Assembly: GCA_964057225.1 (NCBI GenBank) | Contig: OZ059896.1 | Location: 6,758,001 to 6,822,000, forward strand | Length of the DNA: 64,000 bases | Source: Auanema rhodensis | Lineage: Eukaryota; Animalia; Nematoda | Direction: 5' to 3' | Part shown: piece by piece, positions 40,101 to 54,927 of the stretch | How the letters are laid out: every line of letters begins with the position of its first letter | How positions within the stretch are numbered: position 1 is the first letter of the stretch | The notes under the pieces: model-generated | Database searches by the model: none | The model's input: the letters and a program-made list of their open reading frames with translations, nothing else | What the model was told of the DNA's origin: nothing | Translations under genes and position numbers: made by a program

Positions 40101-40771
40101 TGCCCTTCAGTTGTTCGTCAATTCTCTGCGAAATCCTATAGACCTTCAACTGTTGATGTACCTGATCCAAATGCTTGCCGACTGTTATCGTGTGATTTCA
40201 GCAGAGGACATCCATGTCTCTATGAAAGCAGTCAAGTATCAAATGGGGCTATTCATCGGGTAACAAAAATAGTGCATTTGGTTTTTTAATCTTTTTTTTC
40301 AAAGGTTATAAATCATCGCTTAGTCTCAAATTTGGACACAGATCATAAAGTAGCGATTTTGGAATCTGTACCATTCCATCTTAACACTGTTTCTCGTCTT
40401 CATTTTGAATATTCTATTGAGGTAACATCGATATAAATACAACACTGAATTTTTTTAGGGAGACATTTCCTTATTTGTATGTAATGATAGTGCAAAAAAG
40501 GAATTAGAAAATTGTTATAAAGTAGAAGATAAGAACGGAAAAGATTATATTGAATTATTACCCAGTGATACAAAGGTCAGCCAATTATTTTTCAAGCTGT
40601 ATTGTATATAATACAGTAAAATAATTTAAAATATTTCAACCATCGCATCTCTAAATTGAGTTTATATTTTAGATTTACCTTATTGCTCGATTAACGGAAA
40701 ACGGCTCAAAGGGAACATTTACAATTAATAAACTACACCTGACAGATATAGCAGACAATAACGCTTGTTAA
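37120..40771 (+). CDS. Secreted multi-MAM-domain protein, multi-exon
   Basis: Signal peptide MYTILYLLGIASSVL. Repeated MAM-like starts LNCDFSDPSTCQW, LSCSEFDQHCRW, LACDFSKRAADCVW, LSCDFS and ends IDNI/IIDDIQY/VDNIDV. Stop after NNAC. Confidence 0.8.
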
Positions 40772-40971
40772 TTATTTATTAAAAGTTACCTTTATTGGGT
40801 ATGTAAGCTCAAAAGTTTAAAGTGCAATTGTTACTGGTGGTTTCAAAAAGAATAAATATATTAGCCTTTTATTGAACAGCACGCTTTACGCGAGAACAAC
40901 ATTATACCGGGAAAAAACACGTGCAGAAGATAGATCACATAAGATACAAGCTGAATATATTAAGAAAAACT

Positions 40972-43900
40972 TCAGAAAACATATCTGATGTATGGAACTT
41001 CAACATCTTCGCCATTTTCATCTTCAGCCATTGTTTCCAAAACTAATGATTTTTGCCAAGCAGGGGTCTCATTTCTAGAAATTTCTTCCAATACGGCTTT
41101 CACTCTACAATTAGAATCATTTTACAAAGCATAACTTTATGAAACAAACTCTTTCTTGAGACGTTCAGTTCTCTTCTGAGGATTCATGAATCCAGAATAC
41201 ATCAAGCAAACCCCGGAAGATACCATTGTGGCTTGGAATCCTGTCTCAGCAGTGAACCAATCTAGCATTTCCTGCAAGGTTTTAGGTCCCTTCAATTCAA
41301 GACGATTCCACAATGTGAACTCATGGGGTCCATACTAAAACCAAATATCATCTTATATACGAAAAAATACACAAACCTTCTTCTTAGGGGCGGCTATAGG
41401 CTCGGAGAATCCGAAAAATGGAAGAGCTAAATTGATGAACCCGTTCTTGAACCTCTCAATAGGAATAGGTGGAACACGCTTTGCATCAATCATCTGACGA
41501 AATCATAATGAAATTGGAAAATTTAAAACAAATTACCTTATGCAACTCTATACAAACTAATCCAGCAACAGCTGCAGTAGTTGTTGCGATGGCTGGAATA
41601 ATTCTACCGGCAATTTGTTTTGTCTTCATTTTGTCAGCTACTTTGATATCGTAATTCTCAGCTCTCAAGTTAGAAGCAGCAGTTACAAATTCCATGTGAT
41701 GATTTGAATCATCATCCTATCAAATAAAATATATATATGAAATTAATAACAATATATCCTCACTTTCTCAAAATCAACAGGAATCAAAGCTGGACTCTCG
41801 TTAACGGAAATTCGGGCCAATGAAAGTTTCAACTGCTCCAAAACAACATCGCAATCATCTAAATAAAGTGATAAACAGAAATACTAGTTTAAAATAACCT
41901 CCTGCAAAAGAAGATCCCTGTTCAGCAGCTTCTTGATCAGTAACAGCAATCTTCACTCCAACTTTAGGCTTAAAAGGTTGAACCTCAACTTTGGCGGCAA
42001 TCTATATCACATTATAAAAAAGGCTTTAAACATTTGGTTGTAACCTCTTTGACTTGCTCAACATCTAGTATGGGGTTCAAACCATATACTCCAGCCTTAA
42101 GAATAGATGCAGCATATACGAAATTGACACTTTCTTCCTGGAAAAGCACAGAAAAACAGTGTAATATAAACATGGACACATACGTGAAGGGGATCCCAAT
42201 TCAATGTATGTGGGCAACGCTTGGTTCCAGACCAAAATTTAGCACCTTGATCAGTTACTTGTTCTGGAGGGAAAGAGTGAAGCATTTGAGCAATATTATT
42301 GTGGTAATTTTCCTAGTATCATAACATTTGGACTAGGAGAATACTTCCCTTGATACCTGATACAGTTTTCGAGCCCAAATAACACATTCAGCAGCATCCT
42401 TGGGACGCTCATCAATCAAAGCATCTTTGACTTGCTGAAGCAACTGAAGTCTTTGACCAATATTAATTTGGTCTAATCGAGCCAAAAATCCTTTTTGATC
42501 GTTGAGGAATTGATTAGCAGTTTCAGCAGGAACTATAAGCAAACATTAAAAATATTTTTTAAACAATTTTAATACCAGTGAAAAGACCCTCAAACAGATC
42601 TCTAGCCCATTGAATAGTATGCTGAATTTCATTAGGGAAGTTTTTAAGAGTACAAATTGGAATCTCTTTCTCTGGAGGATCAACAGATGAGCTAAACAAG
42701 AAAATCACCTGCTTGCATAAAAAAACAATTACCTGTAGGACTCTGTTAGGAAAGGATAAACAACTTGCGTATTACCCTTAGTACCCATCGTGCCTGATTC
42801 CAAAAGTGGTAAACCATAATAAACACAACGTCTATCCATATATCTTCCTTAAAGTCCGCGTTAACATGCGAATGAGAATAGAAACGTACTAGCATCAACA
42901 TTGTCAAGAGCATTAGCTACTCCATTAAGGCTTCCAAAGAAATCATCATTGAAAATACTCTCAGTGTCATTGCCAACACGCTCCGCTAGTGACACGATTT
43001 GAACATCCTTGTTGAAGCCTTTGACGGCATTAGCAGCGCATTCTGATTTTTTATTCTAGAAGCATAATCATGATAAATACTTAAAAACAAATAAGGTCCT
43101 ACTCCAACATCCTTTCTACGGAAAAGGAACTGACGGTTCAAGTTAGAAATTTCAATTTGATCCATATCAGTAATCTTAATTAATCCACCTTCACCACAAG
43201 CAACTCCCATCATAGCCATATTTTTCAAAAGTTCGCATCCAATTGCTCCAGCACCAACAATGAACCATCGTTGCTTAAAGATAGCCTCTTGATATGGCCA
43301 TCCGAATACAGCAGCTTGTCCATCATATCTTGTACCTCTCTACAAGAAAAAACAATAAAATAAACTTGCAGCTTAGTAACTTACAGGAGCACAATCAGCG
43401 GCTGTGAGCTTTTCGGAATCGAAAGAAGACCATTCACCAGGAAGACTTTCAATATGGTCAATATATACCCATTGCTTAAGAGGAGTCATATGATGGGTAA
43501 CAGCTTTCATTGCTTCTTGTGCAGCAATACCGCCTACAACTGAACAAACAGTAACAAGATTTCCGGTTGCCTAAAATAATCATCTAACTCTGTAATGAGA
43601 ATACAAATTTACCTGCGAAGTAAACTCTTTCAAAAGTTTTTCGTCAACTTCCTCCACTGTTTTCAGCTCGGCTTTAAGTAAAGCAACATCTTCAGGTGTA
43701 CGAGGAGCTGGAGAACGACCATACTGTAATATTCCTAGATTATTACAAAAAACATTCACGCAAAAGCAAGCAACCTTAGCTTCAAAACTATACAAAGCAG
43801 ACCACAGTTGATGTAAGCTAGAAGGATAGTCGAACTTTGCAAAGTCCCAGTAAGCGAATTCGGGATCGGCAAGAGAATCAACAAATGATTTGTGAGAAAC

Positions 43901-45604
43901 ATGATATGGAACCTATACTCTATTAATAGAAGAAAGACATTTGCTGAAATACCTTCACTTGTCGTCCCCGTCCACCATCTTCGTACAAGGGTAAATTAGC
44001 AACGTTCTCTGCACCAATGTTGAAAATATGTGGTTCTAAAACTCCATGCGTGAGCAGTTCAAAAATTACCAAGCAATACTTTTCACAGTAACCTTCAAGG
44101 GTTTGCAATCGTTAAGAGCGGTCATGCCCTTAATTTCAGAAAATGTGACATAATCTCCATCCTCTAGCCCGTGCATAGCTTTTTCTAGAGTTGTGACATC
44201 TCCAGTCTCAGAAACATTTTCAATATGAAACTAAAAAAAAAAACGTTGTCCCAGAAATATTGTCCCGTTTTCACCTCTTTGATTTGTTCACCATTCGAAT
44301 CATCAACTCTGAATGAGTCTCCAAGATCAACAAAAATGTAGCTGAAAAGTCCACGAGCATCAGCAATAAGTAATCTCTTTTTGTGAGCTCTAATCCATCC
44401 ACTAACGTTCAATTGAACTTCTCTAGAGCTGTCACTTAAGATAGTGAGCTGAAAAAATGATTTTTTCAGAATTGGATTTCATTTCACATACATCAAACTG
44501 TTTAATATGATCCTCGGTGAGAGATTCTGTTAAAATTTGGCATGTAACAGAATCATTTAAACCTGCCAATCTGTAAAATTTGATAATTTGTATAATTCAA
44601 ACAATAATAGAATCAATACCTTTCAAAGCTAGCTACAGCCCTGTTTTTACCCAGATCGTCCTCTGTTAAATAATATTGAGCCGATAAATCGAACCATGTA
44701 GCTGTCTTGGTATCATGTAATGTAACATGACGAATACCTTTAATAAAGAACATTTTTGAATTTAAAATAAACTTTGAAACCTCCAAGGATAAGATTCTTA
44801 GCGATTTCTACTCCAACACCACCGATTCCAGAAATCAGTACAGAGGCACTTCTCAAATGCATCATAGCAGATTCTCCAATGGCATAACTACAATGATGAT
44901 ATAACTCAAAAAAAGAGTAACCTTAACAAACATTTGACGAGAATATAAATTCTTATCAATATCAGACTCAGTTATCTCCATTGGAGTTCCAGAGTTTCGA
45001 GAATTAGCCATTCTGTCTTTATTACCGTCTTCAGCAGGAAAATTATAAGACTCCTGAAACAGAAAAGTGACCAAAAGATGACAAAAGGAGTAAAGGGAAT
45101 GGGGTCAGGTGCTAGCATACTCGCTGAGCAAGCAAAAACAAACAGCAGAAAATAGAGAGCGCGAAAAAAAACCATCGGAAGGGATGCTTTGTAAAACTTT
45201 TCATAGCAATTCTAATTGAGTCAACTCTGATTTGAAAGTGCTATAGAATTATAAAACCGAACTTATATTTTTTAACACTCAGTTGATTCTTACCTTGGTA
45301 TTTAATAATAGGAATAATCGATACATTAGATAAAATAGTGTTATGTTTAACCTTTCTCATGTTTTAATGTGCAAAAACTGAGACCTACATGCCTAGCCGT
45401 CACAAAACGATGAAACGGAACGTTGGTTGCTAGGTGACATAGAAGAACTGATAGCATTGTTATTGCACGGGCAAGATTTAATAAATATTGAAAATTCACA
45501 CTAACCTTTTGATTCGGGTTATCCGAGCACTCTAGTACACGGGCTTTTTTGGAGGGTGGTGAAGTAGAGATGGTTGAAGACAGTCCCTCAACAATCGAAC
45601 TCAT
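40972..45604 (-). CDS. uba-1: Ubiquitin-activating enzyme E1, multi-exon
   Basis: [35 protein letters not shown], catalytic [33 protein letters not shown] and the C-terminus [12 protein letters not shown]. Confidence 0.97.
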
Positions 45605-47825
45605 AGAAAACTGTAAATAAAGCTTTAAAGATTACTTTTGAGAACAAAATCTTACAGAAATAAATAAAAAAATATAGCACGCTGTTGAGTCTAACAGAAC
45701 AGCTAGGACTAAAGAACGAAGCAGCACCACTTAGTGTCCTAAAAGTAGCCTTGCAACCCCTTTTATACTGAAGAAAAATAAGTAACTGATATTGAAGCAA
45801 ATAACTCGATGAATATTCATATATCAAGTAGAACATTAAAAAGCTCATCAAATATCATAAATTGGCTCAAATTAAGAGTAAAACTTTAGAAATTTTAATA
45901 GCACTCCCGCAACATATACGTAATTATAGTGGCGGCATCGATAACCCTACATGCATATTGAAAAACCACTAGCTAATAGTCATTCCGTCTTATTTTTCGA
46001 GAAAAATCAAATGGTAACACACAGAGAAACAAATAAAGCGATGGAGAGAACGCTACGTCATTTTGTTTTCAAATGTTAAAGGGTTTGCAGTAATATACTG
46101 TAGTCCATGGAGCGTAATTTCCTACTTATTTTTTATTTCCAATGATTGTATATGTTAGAGGAAAAGTTGAACACTAAATGATGCTTTTAAATTTAACACA
46201 ATATGTAAAGTCGCATCCCACAAGTGAAATCGCTTAATATATTTCACAGTTTTTGTTGAATATTCGAAGCGTAAATTATCAAATTGTTTCGAAACGAGTA
46301 AGTGTGTATAGTTTAGATACAGTAATTTCCAAAAAAAATAGAAAATAACTAATTAGAAAAAAAATGCATTCTTATATTTTCGTTCAAAAATACTGTAACA
46401 TACAAGAACTTATTTGATTTAATTCTATTCGAGTTAATTACTGTACTCGCTTAGTGATTCAAGGCACTTGTATACTCATCTAATTTATTAAAAATATTCA
46501 AATTATTAACTGTTTTTATTTTTTTTTGCATAAATTTAAAGATTTTTGTTTAGTTATTAATAACAACTTTATGTTTTTAGTTGTTTAATAGTTATAGATT
46601 TTGCTTGTCATAGCTGCTACTTTCTCGGATTTGGCTGTGTTGCAGATAGTTTGAGCATTTAATGTAAGCCGAAAATCTTCTAGGCTGTATTATATAGTAT
46701 ATAATACTATGTACATATTGTGTAAGTGTATATACTGAAGTATTGACAACATAAGATTGTATAGAGGAATTAATACATGAAGCATTTATACACATCTTCT
46801 TATTTATGTTTTTAGTTCTAGTTCCAGCTTTCAATGAATCTTTTTCCAAATCAAAACTTTGTTTGATTTGAAAAGATTTTATGAGTAAATGATATATCAG
46901 TTTTCATCAAATTCAGGATGACTGCATTATTTTTGTGATCTTGAGTTAGATTTTTATATTGTGCTAAAGTAATCCATATTTAGTCCATTAATAATACAAT
47001 TGCCGGATGCTATTCGAATGCTTCAATGTTGAAATATATTTGAATCAAATTAAATCCGGTTATGATGCTTCGTAGTAAATGTTCAGTCATGTTATTCACT
47101 CTCACCCACCTTTAACCAATTATCTATCTAGAGTCAGTCAAAATTATGTTCGAAACACAATAATAGTGTCCAGTGTACCGTATCCTTATTTTCTGTTCTA
47201 GTATTTACTACTGGACAATGTTGTGAAGGTTTCTTCTGTTTGTTAATATGCAAATGCATCCTTATACATTCGATCTAGTTTTCTTTGTTGTTTCTCTTTG
47301 TTCTCTTGTTCCTTTTTCTCGTTAACCTCTTCTGGATATAGATGTCAATATAACAGTCTCAGTGAATCATGAATCTAACTAATCCTAAACAATTTATATA
47401 AAAAAAAACTTTCGCGTTATGTTCTTTTACTTTTTCCTGCGTAAGTAAAGCGTATGAAGTCTCATATGTTCAATAAGATGCTGCAGGTTGAATAGTTGTG
47501 CCAAAACAAGAGAAATTTATCTTTCCATCAAACTTTGCATGCAGCCTAAAGGGACTGCGATTTTTTCATAGATTTGGTTGGTCTAGAAGTATACGCCTGA
47601 TTATTCGAGTGATAAATGAAGCGATTTCCAAAATGTCTACGAGATTAGTATTTTGTACATGAAGAGTTGTTTGATTCAATTTTATGAAGGCGTGGGAGGA
47701 GGGGGGGGGGGCGGACCTTTTCTCTTCTAGCCAATATTAAAAAGGGCGTGAGCTAGCTCAACAAGCCAACAATGAACCCGCCCTTCTGTTAGAAGCGCAT
47801 AACGTCAACTGACTAGGAGCGAAGG

Positions 47826-48146
47826 ATGGCTGCTGTTGTTTCGAAGAACAAATCTACTAGAACTATTAAAATTACCAAGAAGCCGAAAGTTCCTAAGGCT
47901 AAAAAGAGCACCAAGGTATGTTAAGTTAATATTTTTTCTTAAGAACACATATTTTGAGATTATCAAGAAGACCGGACCTAAAAAAAAAGATAAGAAGATT
48001 ACACCAAAGAAAGCAGTCAAGAAAGTGAAAAAAACTGCTCAAAAGAAGCCAAAGGTTAGTTAATGATTCTTTGATGTTAAAATATAGTTTCAACTATATT
48101 TTTGAAAATTAACAAATAATTTAAACTTTATTATTTACAGAAGTAA
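47826..48146 (+). CDS. 63-aa lysine-rich histone-H1-tail-like protein lacking a globular domain (exons 47826-47915, 47959-48054, 48141-48146)
   Basis: Spliced product MAAVVSKNKSTRTIKITKKPKVPKAKKSTK-IIKKTGPKKKDKKITPKKAVKKVKKTAQKKPK-K* has a TPKK motif. CCAAT/TATTAAAA lies upstream and AATAAA about 60 bp downstream. Confidence 0.75.
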
Positions 48147-48744
48147 TCTATGTTCGTCATTGTAGTCACGTATTCTTTGGCGTTTATCTGTACATGCTCT
48201 CCAATAAAAGAAATATTTTCAGCTTTAATCGTATTTAATTGTTCTTAAAATAATAGTTGTTTGTTTATTCAGCAACAAAAATTACAATGCCTTCTTCTGA
48301 ATAATACTTATACTCTCAAAAAAATTTTTTTTAAATAAATAGTTTAATCAAAGTTTCATTCCATATTTTATAGATTCATTGTACACGATAGTGCATACGC
48401 ATGAATAACGATACATACAGGAATCTTCAGCTTTTCACTTATCTTTCGAACGCTTATGCTACTTTAATTCTTCATATTCATAATAATGGTTCTAACTTCT
48501 GGAGAAGTATTCTTGTTTTTGATCATTATAAAATTATAAAACTTAGAATTTCATTATGCAAAACAACCAAAAATTATTTTTTTCAATTTTAAATTTAAAT
48601 TAATTTTTAAAAAATCTGTTTTCATTATTTTGACCTGTATTTCAATCGATCAGTTGATGAACGGGCTTGAAACTTAATTTTTAAAATTTTTTCGATATTT
48701 TTTTTTGTAGTTTGACGTGGTGTTCTGGGGCCTCTAATAGGGGA

Positions 48745-48771
48745 CCGTCCGAGATTCATTGCACAGGACTG
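48745..48771 (-). mobile_element. Possible solo Tc1/mariner-type terminal inverted repeat
   Basis: The minus strand reads TA-CAGTCCTGTGCAATGAATCTCGGAC, which starts like Tc1-family TIRs (TA|CAGT). No partner TIR was seen. Confidence 0.3.
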
Positions 48772-49522
48772 TATATACGAATTCATATAAAAGTTTTTTT
48801 TTTCAAATTGTTTTTTGTTGAAATCATTAAGAAGACATGATCAGGGTTATGAAAACGTGGGCAAGATATTGATACTTTAGTACGGCTGTTGTTGAAAACA
48901 GCTTTTTCTTCAAGAAACTTTTTGTTTTCTTATTCCTCAAAATTTCAATTGAAAAGAATGAGAAGTCTTTGAAAGAAATAACGAAAAGTAACAAACAAAA
49001 TGCCGACGAAAAAAAAAAAAAAAAAGGGAATATAGAATAAAGAAAACATTCTAGTTACTCCTCAGTTTTTTTTCTCCAGAAGTTTACATCACATTGTCAT
49101 GCTTCGAAATTACAAAGAGATATGAAGTATGAACAAGCAAAAGTAGTTAATTGTAAGAATTACGTTTGTTTTTCTTAATGACCAAAAAATTGATATCTTC
49201 TATATGATATGTATACCATACATGTTGAATATTTGCTGATATTCTTCAACATTGTTTGGTTGAATAAATTTAACTGCAACTTCCAAACATTAGGTTTTTC
49301 GATTATTTATATTTGTGTTGCTTTCAATAGCCAAGAGCTAAAACAAACAAGTCCAAGTTCACTACAACGAAGCATATTATATTGCCGATGTATTATTGAG
49401 TACTACTCATTGGAAACTTTACGATTCTTCGATTTCAAGTAAAATTTCAAGCAAAAAGCAAAACTATTATTGTCTTGACAGTCACGAAATGAAACAAATT
49501 TCAAATGTATTATTGAAAACTA

Positions 49523-51005
49523 TTAAAAGAACAATAATCTTGAAATCATCGAATAGGCGCTGAAATCAGATTTGCCATCTAAAACATTCAGAATTTGATT
49601 TTAAAAGTTGAAATATAATCTTACCACATGAACTACCACAATTTGGATATGTTGTTGGGTCCTTTGTACAGGGAGAACACATCTTCGTCTTTTCATTATA
49701 TTGTTGTTCGCAATCAGGGCCGCATTTTGATTTCTGGCGGTTTGTACAAGTCTGCTTTTTATTACATTTACCGGTCTCATCAGTAACATAGCATTTTGTA
49801 CATGTACAGAACGGTGTACTGCCAGAAGGCGTACACGTATCTACATTATCTCCGCAGGCGGCTTTTGGATTCTCACAAGGAGCTGAAATTGTTTTGTTTT
49901 TTTATAAAAGATTTATAAAGATATCTTAACAAACCGGATGGATCTACAGGTGAATAGGTAATAGGTGCCGTAGTTGTCGTAGTTGTCGTAGTTGTCGTAG
50001 TTGTCGTAGTTGTCGAAGTTGTCGGAAATTAATTTTATATAAATTTCATTATGAAGTTATAAAAACAGTTCTTCGGTTACAAAACTAATATTTCATAGTT
50101 TGAGTAACAATAGGGAAATAAGAAGCTACAATTCTTTATAAATCATAAACAATCTTCTGTATCCATGATATGCAGCAAATAACTGTTTGTCAATAAACTT
50201 TGTTAAGGGGGTTTTAATTGTTTTTAAGTGACAAAATTAATTAACTTACTGTTGTAGCACATATATCCAAGCAAGCAGAGATTTTAGAAAAATTAGTTAT
50301 ATTATTTTGAATATTAGCTTGGGTATTATTCAAATTCTGACAAAAAAAAAAGAAGAAAACGCGTGAATACATTTGTTTTTGAACTTACCTGAAATCTTTG
50401 TTGAAGTAATACAAGTGAATAGTTTAACTGTATTGCTGTTTTATTTGCAGCTGCAAGTTGATTCAGCAAAGTTGAATTAGTAGGATCAATGTCGTTTTGC
50501 AAATTTGTCAAGTTTTGGTTGAGTCTAAATTTTTCATTTATACTATTAATGATTTAACGGAATAAAAAATATATAAAACTAACTCACTGTAGAACATTAT
50601 CTCTCAATACTATAGCGCCTTGAAGGACAGAACGGGCACCTCCAGTAGGGTATGTGATCAAGTTAGGTATTGCAATTGATGATAACGTTTCTGGAGCTGC
50701 CGTCGGTGTCTCCGAAGAACTCCCGTTTTGTGGAGCTGTCGTCAGTGTCTCCGAAGTACTTACGTTTTGTGGAGCTGTCGTCAGTGCCTCCGAAGAACTT
50801 CCGTTTTCTGGAGCTGTCGTCAGTGTCTCCGAAGTACTTACGTTTTGTGGAGCTGTCGTCAGTGCCTCCGAAGAACTTCCGTTTTCTGGAGCTTAGCAAT
50901 AACTCTTGCATTTCGATTAAGTCGAAAAAACTTACCGTCAGCTTTTCCATATCGAATGCAATTCACACCGATCAGTAATAATAAACAAAACGAAAGAAGC
51001 TTCAT
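49523..51005 (-). CDS. Secreted protein: Ser/Thr-rich repeats, Asn/Gln-rich coiled coil, poly-Thr linker, EGF-like/Cys-rich C-terminus
   Basis: Signal peptide MKLLSFCLLLLIGVNC, (APENGSSSEALTT/APQNVSTSETLTT)x5, LTNLQNDIDPTNSTLLNQL..., TTSTTTT, PCENPKAACGDNVDTCTPSGSTPFCTCTKCY... One acceptor is non-canonical. Confidence 0.7.
49967..50023. repeat. 9-bp coding repeat (poly-Thr)
   Basis: (gtagttgtc)n encodes TTT on the minus strand. Confidence 0.9.
50686..50892. repeat. 39-bp coding tandem repeat x5 (alternating A/B units)
   Basis: ggagctgtcgtcagtgtctccgaagtacttacgttttgt alternates with ...gcctccgaagaacttccgttttct. Confidence 0.95.
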
Positions 51006-51522
51006 TTTCTGAAATAAAAAACGTGTATACACATATATATATATATATATATATTTATTTATTTAAGTATAAACGTTTTTCATTTCAGAAAATAAAGCTC
51101 AGAAAAGAAATATATATATATATATATATATAATATTCATTTTATTTACAAAAAGAGCAAACTATTAAGCTAAATGTAAAATACCAATGCATTTTAAAAT
51201 CAGTTGAAAGGAAGAATGCGAATGCAGTAGCTGAATTAGTCATATTGATAAGCTACAAATAATAGCCGCACCCTTACCTTATCAATTAACTATTCAAAAT
51301 GATATCGCAATTTGTGCATCGAAATCGATCTTGTTATATTCAAAAAACAATTGTTCAATGTTTCCAAACAAACTCAAAAACTTTCTCTTTGATTGTTTAT
51401 ATATACCTGGCGATAAGTTATTACGATCAAACAACTCTTGAAAAAACTCCATACTCTGGTTTTTAATAATAATATACTTCGCAACTCCTATATCTAATTA
51501 ATCTCCAGTTATATTTTTGATT

Positions 51523-51536
51523 GTATTCATGGCAAC
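51523..51536. promoter_or_regulatory. Candidate X-box
   Basis: GTATTCATGGCAAC matches GTHNYY-AT-RRNAAC, about 520 bp upstream of the secreted Cys-rich gene. Confidence 0.4.
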
Positions 51537-52436
51537 AGTTAGTTTTATAAAATATAGCCTTATCTTTGACATAATTTTTGGATTTTCATTCTTTCCCTAT
51601 ATTCATGATTAGAAGTTTTCTTATATAGGATTTCAGATTAAATTCAATATCTATATTAATCCCCCGTCTTCGGACTTATTTTATTTATTGAATAAGGGGA
51701 GAAGAATTACGATGAAACGTATTTATATTAATATATGATATCTAAGAGCAGTACTAAGTAATTTTTCCAACAACAGCTATTCTAATTCATGAAACATAAT
51801 AGATCACCAAAAGTTTTCACATACATCACTTATATATTACTTAAAAAAGTGATCTCGTTAAGCACATTCGTCTTCATTGTCAAATAGCCTGTTCTTACCC
51901 TGATTATTAAACAAGCTGTAACATCAAGACATACTAGTTTTATATAAACCTTGGAAGACTGCCAATTCGCTGCGCGTCGGCTCTTAAATGTTGCAAACGA
52001 TAGGAAGACAACCGCTTCGCAGCACGTACGCGCGCACTCCACATCTATTTTCGCGCCGTTAGAAAAACAGGCGCCCTTCTATGGTTAGTATCATGACGGA
52101 GCTAACCTATTTTGAATAATAACCACAATAATTGTTTTGTATAACAGTATAAAATCGATACAGCTTTTTACGTATGCTTATTCCTGAAAATTTAAGTTCT
52201 CAAAGTTCATATATTGTCTGATTTAGCGAACCGCCTGATTTTTCACTCATTGATTTCGTAATTTAAAAAATGATTCAATATTTCAAAGATATTTAGAATA
52301 ATTGATTCACTAAATTTATTGTTTTTATATATTTTTAGTAGATATTAGCAAACATGTAAAATATCATTGACTCTCTTTATTCTTATAATTGATTACTATT
52401 TATATATTACGACGTATCAACTTAATATGTTTTTAG

Positions 52437-53625
<1,189 letters not shown>

Positions 53626-53982
53626 GCAAATGTAGAATCTTAGAAGAGCGTCTATCACACATTCATTGTATCATCCGATAACTGCTCCTGGTGTATATGG
53701 GATAGTTGTTCCATGTCCATATTTTGACAACTTTTAATCTTAATTATTGATCTGCTCTTACGTAAATAATTTCTTGCTCGAGTGAGTTTCACCCATAATT
53801 GTTCAATTCTTTTTAAGTATTTAACTATGCAGATAAACCGAAATTTTTCCCAAATGCTTTACATAATGATACGTGTTGTTTTTGCACGTTATCCGACCCG
53901 GATATATCTAGCATGTTCCCACTGTCCAGCTTTTGTTTGGTTTTAGATAAAGTTTATTATTTATAAATGTTGTAGACGACTA

Positions 53983-54927
53983 ATGAGCAGTGTTCCTTCT
54001 GCTCAACCACCAATTGTTATAGCACCAACCCTAGGTAGCGGGAATTTGCGAGACGTAGTTCGTCTCCCGGAGGGAGAGGATCGACAGGAATGGCTTGCGG
54101 TTAATAGTTCGTGTTTCATCGTGTGCATTGTTATAGCTTCTGCTTGTAGTTGTCGATATATTTAAACAAATTAAAATGGTAATGGGAACATTACATGATG
54201 TTTGTACTCCTGAGTCATGTCCTGTGATGTGTGCTGGACAACGGCATGAGTATTTCTGGACAGATTCTAATGGCCGAAAGTAGGATTTCTTACATGATGT
54301 TTTATATATGTCTTTAGATTGTCGGCAACAGCTGCACAGTATATTGATTACGCCTTGACATGGGTTCAAGATCAGCTTGATGATGAAACTGTGTTTCCAT
54401 CTCAATTAGGTTTGCATTTTGTCATTGTTTGTCAATATATTTTTTTTTTCAAAATTTCTTTGAAATTCGTACAATTTATCACGATCATGAGTATGCTTCA
54501 AAAAGCAATATTATGAAAACACTATTCTTTCATTTCGATCGATATAGAAGAGGCTGGCCTAACAACTTAATAAAGTCATGGCAGCAATGCATCAACATCT
54601 TTTAAAATTTTTCCGGTTTCGTTAAAATATATTTTTATAATTTTAAGGTGAACCTTTTCCTCTTAATTTCGAGGATGTCTGTGTATCGATCATGAAACGG
54701 ATATTCAGAGTCTATGCACATGTATATCATTCGCATGCAGGTTTTAATGAGATCTAATTAAGCTGTTTATTAAATATATTTCAGGTAAAATGAGAGAACT
54801 CAAAGCTACTCCTCATTTGAATACATCCTTTAAACAATTTATATTATTTGCTATACAGTTTGACCTTATTCCGGAACGTGAAATGGATCCTTTACGTCAA
54901 ATCATTGACAAAATAGTTCGCACTTGA
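53983..54927 (+). CDS. MOB kinase activator (Mob1/phocein family), multi-exon
   Basis: [71 protein letters not shown]. Confidence 0.93.

Noticed and set aside
46590-47060. Tc1-like transposase C-terminal remnant (PRRFSAYIK)
   Set aside because: The similarity is too short and degenerate, with no TIRs or DDE motifs.
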